Below, piece by piece: positions 18,258 through 37,559 of a stretch of 64,000 nt of DNA. The notes below the pieces were generated by a model. The model worked only from the letters and a program-made list of their open reading frames with translations. It did no database searches and was not told the origin of the DNA. Origin of the DNA: the human T2T-CHM13v2.0 reference genome, Homo sapiens; the NCBI RefSeq assembly GCF_009914755.1, contig NC_060936.1; one strand, 5' to 3'. Each line of letters starts with the position of its first letter. Position 1 is the stretch's first letter. The translations under genes and the position numbers were made by a program.

Positions 18258-18674
18258 AATATTGTTCTTGGACATTAAGAATATTATGCATGGATAATAC
18301 AAAAGAGAAAAGGAAGGTATATTTGAAATACTCTTAAAAAGAAGCATGCCTTTGTAAAATTGTAAGGTACTCTGCACTTATAAGCTAAATGACTTTGGCC
18401 TTAAATGAGCTTTAGTTTTCGGATATATTGAAAAATAATAATAATAAAATTATATACACACACACATTCACATGCTTTGCTGGGTTTTTGCAGATTAAAT
18501 TATACAGTATTTACTGCCTGCCTACTATGAAACAAGCTATGAGAACAAGCTTTCCACTCTCAAGGAACTTAGTCTTGTTGGAAACACAGACAATAAATAA
18601 CGTAAAATAAAAAAAAAACATAAAATAAAATAAATAATAGAAGGATCAAATGCCCAGCTTTCTCACCCATAAAC

Positions 18675-19188
<514 letters not shown>

Positions 19189-19618
19189 GTTTGATATAAC
19201 ATAGAGAAAGGACAGAAGAAAATGAAAAATAGTTTTCTAATTGGGGTTTCCTAAAGGAAATGATTCACTCAATTTATTTGAATGAGGTCATGGGTCCAAA
19301 ATACTTTGTGGGTTAGTGATAATTACTCATAATTCATTAATGAACATACCTCAATTTAAAAAGAGAGAGAGACAGAATAATTAAGTTAAAGAATCCTGGG
19401 CAACCCTTCTGGGTCCCCTTCCACCACGTGGAAGCCTTACTTTCACTTTCACTTTAATAAATCTTGCCACTGCACACTCTTTGGGTCTGTGTGTTTCTCT
19501 AATCGAGCTGTAACACTCATCACTGCAGTCCACAGCTTCATTTCTTGAAGCCTGTGAGACCACGAACCCTTCAATCGAGAAAAACCTTCGATAAGGAGAA
19601 GACTTCTCATCTCATTTC

Positions 19619-19636
19619 TGGGGTCTGGTCCGGGAT
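19619..19636 (+). promoter_or_regulatory. Primer binding site, tRNA-Pro-like
   Basis: TGGGGTCTGGTCCGGGAT versus canonical PBS-Pro TGGGGGCTCGTCCGGGAT (16/18), 4 nt after the U5 end. Confidence 0.75.
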
Positions 19637-20940
19637 TTCTCCAAAGCGGTGAGTAACCTCGGACCCCTTTCAGTTGCTATTCTATCTTCTCACTAGAAAT
19701 TGGAGGAAAACACCCAGCACCTGTCAGCCATTTAAAAGTGACAAGCACAGCCCAGACTTAAGACATGGGTGTGAGGCTTTCTGGGAAAGGGCTCTCTAGC
19801 AACCCACGGCCCTCCAAGCTGGGAGCGTTGGTTTAACTGGAACCAGTTCCACCTTTCTCTACCTTTCCTGGGAAAAGCCGAGGGCTGGCTAGAGGTGGAA
19901 AACTGTCTTCCCAAACTCCTGGCACTGACCCAGTGGAGATCATGGCACAGTGAGAAGCCTCTACTCCACAACTGCCCATGCATGAGTTCCCTGCCTTTTC
20001 TGACCTATGCCTCCTGGGTCCTAACATCCTCAGAGAAGACTTTCTTGAGGCCCTGTCCTCTAGGATCTTTCCTACCCCTGAGTCTAAGAATCTTTTGGCT
20101 AGGAGCCTAAGTCGAGGGGGCTGGCAATCCAAAGACCCTTGCCCATGGTGTCCTCAGGCTTATTCTTATGCAAATGAGTATCAATATACTTATACAGGAC
20201 CTGTCCCTCATAACCTGTACCCTAGGCACTATCTGGGACATCAAAAGGCATGTCAGTGGCTGATAGAAGGCCTAGGACATTTTTCCCTTTGTTGCCCTAA
20301 ACTTTCTCCAGATTGTAGAGGCTACTTTAATTACCACCTTTCCTGTCTGGGATCAGCAATTAGAACTGTAGAACTTCTCCACTCGAAGCAGTCAGATGTA
20401 TGGGCCAAAAACAATATAATAGACAATAGGTCCCCAATCCAAGTCCAAATGTCAATGAATATTCTTATGAAGGCAAACAGGGGACAGAAAATTCAGGTAT
20501 GAAAAGCACTGGTCCTCCAATTTGCCACTACCTACCCTAAAACTGTTGTGCTTCAGTGCTATTTTCAAGGAATTTATCTTGCTGGGACAGCTCCAAGCCC
20601 AGAAATATGCTAACTGGTGCCTGGTCTCTGAACTCAAAATACACCCTGAACCTAAGACCCACTTGCAGATGCAAAGGCAATTGTGTGCATGCTGGTAAGG
20701 AGCCACTAAAATCCAGCAGCCCCAGCCCCATTTTTTGTGGCTAAAAAAGGGTGGGAAACGGTGTGGGCAAAACTGCTACATCAGTAAGTGCAATTAAATC
20801 CAATAAGCATGGTTCCATGGGTGACTGTGCACCCTGGAAACCTGGAAAGAAAAGGACACTAGAACCATAGGGGACACCCTAGGGCTAGTGCTCACTAGGG
20901 GATGACTAGGGGTGCAGGCACTCCTATGTTCTCCTTTCAG

Positions 20941-22405
20941 ATGGAAGACATTCCCTCAAAAGCAAAGCCACCCCTGAGGTGTATTCTGGATAATTAGGAC
21001 CAATTTGACCCTCAAACACTGAAGAAGAAGCGACTTATATTTTTCTGCAGCACCACCTGGCCACAATATCCTCTTCCCAGAGGAGAGACACGGCCACCCA
21101 GGGAAGTATAAACTATAATACCATCCTACAGCTAGATCTCTTTTGTAAATGAGAGGGCAAATGGAGTGAAGTGCCATATGTATAGGTTTTTTTTCTCACT
21201 AAGGGATAACCCACAATTATGTAAAAAAAAATGTAATTTACATCCTACTGGGGGTCCTCAAAGCCTACCCCCATACTCAGGTCTCCCCATAGCTCCCCCT
21301 CCAACTAGTAAGGACTCTCCTGTGGCCCTTATGGCCCAAAAGGAACCAGACAAAAAGTCAAGGAACCAAAAGGCGCCAATGGCCCTCAATTGTGCCCCCT
21401 CCAAGTCGTGGGAGGAGAAGGAGACTTTGGCCCAGTGCAAGTACATGTCCCCTTTTCCCTCTCAGACTTAAAACAGATCAAACTGGACCTAGGAAAATTC
21501 TCAGATAATCCTGATTGACGCATAGATATCTTACAGGGATTAGGACAATCTTTTGATTTAGCATGGAGAAATATGTTGTTGTTGTTAGGTCAAGCATTAA
21601 CTCCCAACAAAGAAGAGGCCACCTTAGCTGCATCCCGGGAGTTTGGGGATCTCTGGTACCTAAGCCAGGTAAATGATAAAATGAGATCAGAAGAAAGGGA
21701 ACAATTCCCTACAGGCCAACAGGCGGTTCCCAGTGTGGATCCCCACTGGGACCTCAGTTTGGAGCACAGCCATTTACTGACTTGTATACTAGAGGGATTA
21801 AGAAAGACCAGAAAAAAGCCAATGAATTACATAATGATGTCAACCACAGTGAAGGGAAAGGAAGAAAACCCTACAGCATTTTTAGAGAGACTAAGAGAGG
21901 CATTAAGAAAGCATACCTCCTTGTCACCTGACTCTATTGAAGGCCAACTAATTTTAAAGGATAAGTTTATCACTCAGTCAGCTGCAGACATTAGAAAAAA
22001 CCTTCAAAAGTCTGCCCCAGGCCCCAAGAAAAATTTGGAAACTCTATTGAATTTGGCAACTTCAGTGTTTTATAATAGGGATCAGGAGGAGCAGGCTGAA
22101 TGAGACAGAGGAGACAAGAAAAAGGCCGCCACCTTACTCATGGCCCCGCCTTAGTTATGGCCCTCAGGCAGACGAACTTCGGTGGCTCTGAAAGAAAGAA
22201 GGGCTGGGCAGGCAACCAGCCTAACAGGGCTTGTTATCAGTGCGGCTTACAGGGGCACTTCAAAAAGGACTGCCCAAACAAAAATAAGCCACCCCCTTGT
22301 CCATGTCCCTTGTGCCAGGGGGATCACTGGAAGGCACACTACCTCTGAGGGTGAAGGTCCTCTGGGCCAGAGGCCACTAACCTGATGGTCCAACAACAGG
22401 ACTGA
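20941..22405 (+). pseudogene. gag: HERV-W/9-like gag, disrupted
   Basis: PLRCILDN*DQFDPQTLKKKRLIFFC; CA segment ENPTAFLERLREALRKHT; zinc knuckles CYQCGLQGHFKKDC and CPLCQGDHW; ends QQQD*; stops and frameshifts. Confidence 0.9.
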
Positions 22406-23250
22406 GGGTACCCATGGCAGGCGCCAGCCCGTGCCATCACCCTCACAGAGCCCCAGGTAAGCTTAACCATTAAGGGCCAGGAAACTAACTTCCTCCTGGA
22501 CACTGGCACAGCCTTCTCAGTTTTAGTCTTCTGTCCCGGACAACTATCCTCCAGGTCTGTCACCATCAAAGGGGTCCTAGGACAGCCAGTCACTAGGTAT
22601 TTCTCCCACCTTCTAAATTGTGACTGAGGAGCCTTATTTTTCTCACATGCCTTTCTTATCATGCCTGAGAGCTCTACTCCTTTACTAGGGAGGGACATAT
22701 TAGCTAAAGGAGGGGCCATAATAAACTTGAATATAGAAGAAGAAATACCTGTTTGCTGCCCTCTACTCGTGGAGGGAGTTAATCCTGATGTCTGGGCAGA
22801 GGAAGGACAATACAGATGAGCAAAAAATGCTTGTCCAGTTCAAGTTAAATTAAAGGATCCTACCTCCTTTCCTTATCAAAGGCAGTACCCCCTCAGACCA
22901 GAAGCCCAACAAGGATTACAAAAGATCGTCAAAGACCTAAAAGCACAGGGATTAGTAAAACCATGCAACAGTCCATGCAACACTCGTATTCTAGGCATAC
23001 AAAACCCCAACGGACAATGGAGGTTAGTGCAAGACCTCAGAATTATCAATGAGGCAGTTGTTCCTCTGTATCCAGTTGTACCTAATCCTTATACTCTACT
23101 CTCCTAGAAACCAGAGGAAGCAGAATGGTTTACAGTCCTAGATCTTAAGGACACTTTCTTCTGCATCCCTCTGCATCCTGACTCTCAATTTTTATTTGCC
23201 TTTAAAGATCCGTCAAACCCAGGGTCTCAGCTGACCTGGACTGTCCTACC
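22406..23250 (+). pseudogene. pol: pro and N-terminal RT, truncated by deletion
   Basis: FLLDTGTAFSVL protease motif; FTVLDLKD...QLTWTVLP of RT, then sequence jumps to env. Confidence 0.9.
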
Positions 23251-23906
23251 ATTCATTATAGGAGCTGGGATACGAGGAGGACTAGGAACCGGCATTGGAG
23301 GCATTACAACCTCCATCCAATTCTATTACAAATTATCACAAGAGTTAAATGATGACATGGCATGAATCGCAGATTCGCTGGTCACCTTACAAAGCCAGCT
23401 TAATTCTTTAGCAACAGTAGCCCTTCAAAATCGGACAGCCTTAGATTTATTAACAGCTGAAAGAGGTGGAACCTCTTTTTCTAGAAGAGTGCTGCTATTT
23501 CGTTAATCAATCCAGAATTGTCACCAAGAAGGTTAAGGAGTTTTGAGATGGGATACAGTGCTGGGCACAAGAGCTCCAAGACACAGGACCTTGGAATATT
23601 GTCAATCAATGGATGCCCTGGCTTCTCCCCTTCTTGGGGCCCTTGGTGGCTATTGTGATGTTGCTTATCTTTGGACCCTGCATTTTTAACCTCCTTGTAA
23701 AATTTGCCTCTTCCAGAATAGAATCCATGAAGCTGCAAATGGTTCTACAAATGGAGCCCCAAGTGACCACCACTAGCACCTACTATCAAGCACCCCTAGA
23801 CCCACCCACCAACCTGTTCTCACACCACGACACCAAAGACTCCCCTCCTGAGGAAACCTCAACTGCAGTGCCCCTTCTACCCCCCAGTTCAGCAGGAAGT
23901 AGCTAG
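23251..23906 (+). pseudogene. env: Syncytin-1/HERV-W-like env TM remnant
   Basis: [24 protein letters not shown]; immunosuppressive domain LQNRTALDLLTAERGGT; WMPWLLPFLGPL...LQMVLQMEP...SAGSS*; internal stop and frameshift. Confidence 0.92.
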
Positions 23907-24023
23907 AACAATCGTCATCCAACTTCCCAACAGCACTTGGGCTTTCCTGTTGAAAGGGGGGACTGAGGGACTAAGTGGCTAAATTGGCTGGACTTCCTGG
24001 GTCAATAGGGACTTCCCTAAAGT

Positions 24024-24360
24024 GACTTTCCCCTAAGCCAAAATGAGTCATAGCTGCAAGCTAAGAGATTAAAACTTCAACCAATCAAAGGGGATTTTCC
24101 CCTAAGCCAAAATTAGTCATAGCTGCAAGCTAAAGGGATTGAAACTTCAACCAATCAAAGGGGACTTTCCCCTAAGCCAAAATGAGTCACAGCTACAAAC
24201 TAAGGGATTGAAACTTCAACCAATCATATAGGGAGTTCAAGCTCTAGCTGCAGCCTGATGTTTTTAACCAATCAGGTCTGCCAACCCACAAGTGGATAGA
24301 AAATTAGCCAATCCTATAGGACAGAAAAAGAAAAGGGGAGGAGTCATAAGGGGATATAAG
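24024..24360 (+). promoter_or_regulatory. U3 enhancer/promoter: three 69-70 bp tandem repeats with kB, AP-1 and CCAAT motifs, two more CCAAT boxes and a TATA box
   Basis: GGGATTTTCC 24091-24100; GGGACTTTCC 24161-24170; TGAGTCA 24044-24050 and 24183-24189; CCAAT at 24081, 24151, 24220, 24268, 24308; TATAA 24355-24359. Confidence 0.75.
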
Positions 24361-24497
24361 CATAAGACACCCAAGCCAAAAAACACAATCCTTCTGGGTC
24401 CCCTTCCACCACATGGAAGCTTTACTTTTGCGTTCCCTTTACTTTCCCTTTCGCTTTACTAAATCTTGCTGCCATAAAAAAAAAAAAAAAGAATCCC

Positions 24498-25703
<1,206 letters not shown>

Positions 25704-25729
25704 CTAGCTTAATTTTCTTAAAAGGAAGC

Positions 25730-25968
25730 TGAATTGGCAGAGTTGTCCCACAGTGGACTAAAACAGCCAGGCCTTTATACCTCCACCTTGATCACTGGAT
25801 GTAGGCTGTCCTGGTAAGGGTGCCCCACCTTAGTCACACAGGAAGCTGATGCAGTCCCTGAAGACACTGCTAGCTGAAGGCTTTCCCCTCGTAGCACTCC
25901 CAGTAGTTGGGAAAACAATTCCTTCACTGAAGTAGGGTCTGGACACCATACTTGGTATGTCTTCACAA
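25730..25968 (-). mobile_element. LTR16-type ERVL LTR fragment
   Basis: Resembles the LTRs at 8665-9108 and 13115-13572 (GGCCTTTAT...TGGATGT...CACTCCCAG). Confidence 0.55.
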
Positions 25969-25972
25969 AATA

Positions 25973-27445
<1,473 letters not shown>

Positions 27446-27538
27446 AAACTAGATTTTTTTTATGACTGTAAAGGAATATATGTTCATTGCAAGAAATGAA
27501 ATATTTAAAAGTACAAAAGTAAAAAATATTAAACATAA

Positions 27539-27709
<171 letters not shown>

Positions 27710-27819
27710 TAATATATACGTTAGTTATATATATATGCATAAAAACATATATATGTAAATCACCATTATACTCTACATAATTATTTCTAACTAATTGTAT
27801 TTTATTATACTTTAAAATT

Positions 27820-29620
27820 CTTTGGAGGAATAGCAGAGATTAGTGTTACTATCAAAAACTTGAGATTCTAAGGTAGTGATTCCTATTACATTACCATTTA
27901 ACTTGCTTATATGACATGTCAGAAGGCAGAGGTATCATGGAGACTGACTATAGATTATCATAAAATAAATTAGGTGGTGAGTTCAGTTGCAGCTACTGTT
28001 TCAGATATGGTTTCTTTAGTGGAGTGAATCAATACAGCCTGTGGCGTCTATTCTGCAGTGTTATATGTTTATTTCTGTAATAACAATGTGTAAGGATCAC
28101 AGGAACAGTTTGCCTTCACCTGGTAGAGTCAGCAGTATACTTTCATGGTCTTTCCTTAGGTGTCAATGTCAATTTTCTTGTTTTCTGCCATAATCTAACC
28201 CAAGTATAAGAAAATTGCAACCCACAGACCAAATTCATCCTGATACATTTTTGTATAGTCCGTAAGCTAAGAATCGTCTTCATATTTTTAAACGGTTGAC
28301 AAAAATTAAATGATGAATTTATCTAAAGATAAATAAGAATTAAATGAAATTCTAATTTCTCTGACTAGTGTAATAAAAGATATTTAAAAATAAATAAATA
28401 ATAAAATAATAAATGAAGTGTTGGTAGAACACAGCCATACTCATTTGCTCACATATTATTTATCTATGGCTGTTTTCACACTACAGGGTTGAATAGTTGT
28501 AACACAGGCTACACAGCTCACAAGCCTAAAATATTCAGCACATGGTCCTTTACAGAAAATATCAACCTCTGATCGAATTCACAGAGACGCTGATTGTCTT
28601 GAAATGCCACAGAACATCATGCCAACCCACCTCACAGATCACAACATGCTGAGTAGAACTGATGAGCAGAAAATAGCAAGTATCCGATTTGTCAAAGTGA
28701 TACGCATATGTGATCCAGGATGGCAGATAATACTCTGTTACCTCAGTGACATCTCTAGGGGCTCAGTAGTCTGGGTCATGTCGAGATAGCTCCTCTAAAA
28801 TAAAGGAGAAGTTGCTGAACACTGCACTTCGTGAGAAGAAAACAGAGACACACATGATTTGGATCTCTCTTGATCTGATAGCCAACAAATAGATATTTGA
28901 GCATACTGCCAGTGTGAATCCACAAGTAAAAGAAAGCTCTACAGCAGGTCCTGGATGAAATTTAAAAGCTGTTCTGCCACCTGGACCTTATGACCTAGCA
29001 GATTCAATAAGAGTCAGCTTTTGCAACAGAAAGAATGCTATTCAGAACCACTAGAACGTGGCAATAGAAGAATCACAATGTCTCCACTTAAAGTTTTGAA
29101 GTAAGGCTTGCTTTCTTCTGCAGATAACATGTCTTCTTTGGAGAAACATGTCTTGGAGTTCTACTGAGCTCTGGCAAAGATTAAATGCCTGATCATCATA
29201 ACTCAAATGATCATGAGAACTGAGCTACCCGTCACAAATTGTGTGTTAGACAGACACAGCAGCTAGTTCATCACAAAGTGGAAATAATGTATATTATATC
29301 AGTCTCAAAAGGTACTGAGGGCACAAGCTGGTTGCTTAAACAGGGACCGCAGATTTCCAGAACATCTATTCCTGCTTCGTTACCTCCCCTCAATATACAT
29401 GCATGGCCTCATGGAAAATTCCTTACAGCCACTTAACTAAGAGTGGGTTTATAGATGGTTTTACACTAAATGCTTACATAAACTAAAAAATTCATTGCTG
29501 TAGTACTATAGTATAATACAATGTCCCTCAAAACAATAGCTAAGGGAAATTCTGCTAGTGGGAAAAACTTCAAGCAGTACAACCAGTCATATATCTTGTT
29601 TGTAAAGAGAGATGACTACT
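27820..29620 (+). mobile_element. Ancient ERVL pol (RT/RNase H) relic interrupted by MER58B (~28200-28572)
   Basis: Degenerate WRxTxDY, QFAFTW*SQQYTF and PQNIMPTHLTDHNML (YIDD-region equivalent); MER58 motif GAACACAGCCATACTCATTTG. Confidence 0.75.
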
Positions 29621-29624
29621 ACCG

Positions 29625-29686
29625 TGTATATGTATATGTATATGCATATGTATATATATATGCATATGTATATATACACACACACA
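29625..29686. repeat. (TA/TG/CA)n microsatellite
   Basis: TATATG-type array followed by a CA run. Confidence 0.9.
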
Positions 29687-29689
29687 AAC

Positions 29690-34249
<4,560 letters not shown>

Positions 34250-34661
34250 TCAGATCAGCCCAAGGAACATCTCACCAATTTCAAATCAGGAAGCGGTCTC
34301 TTCACTCTCTTCTCCAGCCTCTCTTGCTACCCTTCAGTCTCCCTATCCTTCCAATTCCAGTTCTTTTCCTTTCTAGTAGAGACAAAGGAGACACATTTTA
34401 TCTGTGAACTCAAAAACTCCAATGTCCGTCACAGATTTGGGAAGACAGTCTTCCCTTGGTGTTTGATCATAGCGGGGACGCCTGCCTTCATCATTCACCC
34501 ACACTCCCTTGGTGGCAGGTCAATTGCAGGGACACCTGCTTTGGCTGCTCACCCACATTACAGCCCAGGACTCAGTCAGGGACGCATACTGGAAGCCTGG
34601 TATCTGCCCACCTCCATTTCTCCGTGTCTCTACCTTCCTCTTTAAACTTACCTTCTCCACT

Positions 34662-35905
34662 ATGGGCAACCTTCTACCATCCATTCCTCCCTCTTCCCCC
34701 TTAGCCTGTGTTCTTAAAAACCTAAAACCCCTTCGACTAACATCTGACCTAAAACCTAAACGTCTTATTTTCTTCTGTAATACCGCTTGGCCCCAATACA
34801 AACTCGACAATAGTTCCAAGTGGCCAGAGAATGGCACTTTTGATTTGTCCATCCTACAAGATCTAGATAATTTTTGTCATAAAATGGGCAAATGGTCTGA
34901 GGTGCCTGACATCCAGGCATTCTTTACACATCAGTCACTTCCTAGTCTCTGCTCCCAATGCAACTCGTCCCAAATCTTTCTTCTTTCTCTCCTGTCTGGT
35001 CCTTCAGTCTCCACCCCAAGCTCTGAGTCCTTTGAATCCTCCTTTTCTACAGACCCATCTGACCTCTCCCCTCCTCCCCAGGCTGAGCCAGGTCCCAATT
35101 CTTCCTCAGCCTCCGCTCCCCCACCCTATAATCCTTCTATCACCTCCCCTCCTCACACCCAGTCTGGCTTATACTTTTGTTCCACGACTAGCCCTCCCCC
35201 ACCTGCCCAACAATTTCCTCTTAGAGAGGTGGCTGGATCTGAAGGCATAATCCAGGTTAATGCTCCTTTTTCTTCATCTGACCTCTCCCAAATCAGTTAG
35301 CGTTTAGACTCTTTTTCATCAAATATAAAAACCCAGCCCAGTTCATGGCCCGTTTGGCAACAACCTTTAAACGCTTTACCACCCTAGACCCACAGGGCCC
35401 AGAAGGCTGTCTTATTCTCAAAATGCATTTTATTACCCAGTCCACTCCCGACGTTACAAAAAGCTCCAAAAATTAGATTCCGGCCCTCAAACCCCACAAC
35501 AGGACTTAATTAACCTTCTCTTCAAGGTGTACAATAATAGAGAAGAGGCAACCAAGTGGCAATGTATTTCTGAGTTGCAATTACTTGCCTCCACTGTGAG
35601 AGAAACCCCAGCCACATCTCCAGCATACAAGAACTTCAAAATGCCTAAACCACACCAGCCAGGCGTTCCTCCAGGACCTCCTCCCCCAGGATCTTGCTTC
35701 AAGTGCCAGAAATCTGGCCACTGGGCCAAGGAATGCCCGCAGCCCAGGATTCCTCCTAAGCCGTGTCCCATCTGTGCGGGACCCCACTGGAAATGAGACT
35801 GTCCAACTCGCCTGGCAGCCACTCCCAGAGCCCCTGTAACTCTGGCCCCAGGCTCTCTGACTGACTCCTTCCCAGATCTTCTCAGCTCAGCGGCTGAAGA
35901 CTGAC
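34662..35905 (+). pseudogene. gag: HERV-H gag; first 212 codons open (34662-35300), then disrupted
   Basis: MGNLLPSIP...IFFCNTAWPQY...PPPY; zinc knuckles [14 protein letters not shown] and CPICAGPHW. Confidence 0.88.
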
Positions 35906-37280
35906 ACTGCCGACTACCTTGGAAGCCTCCTGGACCATCACAGACACTTTGGGTAACTCGTACAGTGGAGGGTAAATCCGTCCCCTTCTTCATCAATATG
36001 GAGGCTATCCACTCCACATTACCTTCTTTTCAAGGGCCTGTTTCCCTTGCCTCCATAACTGTTGTTGGTATTGATGGCCAGGCTTCTAAACCTCTTAAAA
36101 CTTCCCAACTCTGGTGCCAACTTGGACATTATTTTATGCACTCCTTTTTAGTTATCCCCACCTGCCCAGCTCCCTTATTAGGTCGAGACATTTTAACTAA
36201 ATTATCTGCTTCCCTGACTATTCCTGGGCTATAGCCACACCTTATTGCCACCCTTTTCCCCAGTTCAAAGCCTCCTTCACATCCTCCTCTCATGTCTCCC
36301 TACCTTAATCCACAAATATGGGATACCTCTACTCCCTCCTTGGTGACCGATCAGGCACCCTTTACCATCCCATTAAAACCTAATCACCCTTACCCCACTC
36401 AATGCCAATATCCCATCCCACAGCAGGCTTTAAAAGGGTTAAAGCCTGTTATCACCCGCCTGTTACCACATGGCCTCTTAAAGCCTACAGATTCTCCTTA
36501 CAACTCCCCTATCCTACCCATCCAGAAACTGGACGAGTCTTACAGGTTGGTTCAGGATCTTCGCCTTATTAACTTAATTGTCTTACCTATCCATCCTGTG
36601 GTGCCAAACCAATAAACTCTCCTATCCTCAATACCTCCCTCCACAACTCATTACTCCATTATTGACCTCAAAGATGCTTTCTTCACTATTCCTTTGCACC
36701 CCTCATCCCAACCTCTTTTTGCTTTCACATGGGCTGACCCTGACACCCACCAATCTCAGCAACCCACCTGGACTGTACTGCTGCAAGGCTTCAGAGACAG
36801 CCCCCATTACTTTAGTCAAGCTCTTTTTCATAATTTACTTTCTTTCCGTCCATCTGTTTCTCACCTTATTCAATATATGGACGTACCTTCTTGTTCAGCC
36901 CCAACCTCGTGACAGACACCAGCCCTCTAGGTGACTGTCTTCCAGTCCTCCAGCAGGCTAGACAGGAAATTCACCAGGCTGCTAATCTTCTCTTGCCTAC
37001 TCCAGACTCCCAGCTATACGAAGACACCCTAGCTGGATGATCAGTTCTTGTTACAAATCTGACCCCTCAAACCCTACAACCTTGACGGACCGGACCCTAC
37101 TTAGTCATCTATAGTACCCCAATTGCCATCCACCTGCAGGACCCTCCCCATTGGGTTCACCATTCCAGAATAAAGCTGTGTCCCTCGGACAGCCAGCCTG
37201 ATCTCTCCTCTTCCTCTTGGAAGTCACAAGTACTCTCCCCTACTTCCCTTAAACTCACATTTCTGAAGAACAGTAATAAC
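35906..37280 (+). pseudogene. pol: HERV-H pro/pol with a large RT-to-IN deletion at ~36880
   Basis: YRLVQDLRLIN, WTVLLQGFRDSPHYF, LIQYMD, then jump to C-terminal integrase (GPYLVIYSTP...WVHHSRIK). Confidence 0.88.
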
Positions 37281-37559
37281 CCTTATGAGCCTAATACATC
37301 CCTTCATTCTATTAGGTCTATTGGTCCTTACCCTGCTTTTTACAACAGGGCTTTACGCAATCACCCCCACTACTTGGACTGCACCCCAAAAACTTGTCAT
37401 TCCTACTATCTTCTGTCTAATCATACTCCTATTCACCATTCTCAACTACTCGCAAATGCCCTGCCCTTGTTTACACTGCCAGTTTACACTTTTCCTCCAA
37501 ACCATCATAACTGATATCTCCTGGTTTTTACCTCAAACCACCACCCTTAACTCTCTCTT

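Larger units (their letters stand above)
19398..24490 (+). mobile_element. HERV-W/HERV9-related ERV1 processed retrocopy: R-U5, leader, gag, pro, deleted pol/env, U3-R, poly(A)
   Basis: 5' LTR starts at R (no U3); 3' LTR 23964-24475 ends in R followed by A15 (24476-24490); TSD AAAGAATCC at 19388-19396 and 24488-24496; leader, gag and TM align by eye with HERV-W. Confidence 0.9.

Noticed and set aside
23244-23251. pol-env junction as a splice product
   Set aside because: Microhomology explains it, and it falls within TM rather than at an env acceptor upstream of SU.
34251-34255. CAGAT as a TSD partner of TAGAT after the HERV-H 3' LTR
   Set aside because: CAGAT is part of the HERV-H leader itself, and a true TSD would flank a 5' LTR.
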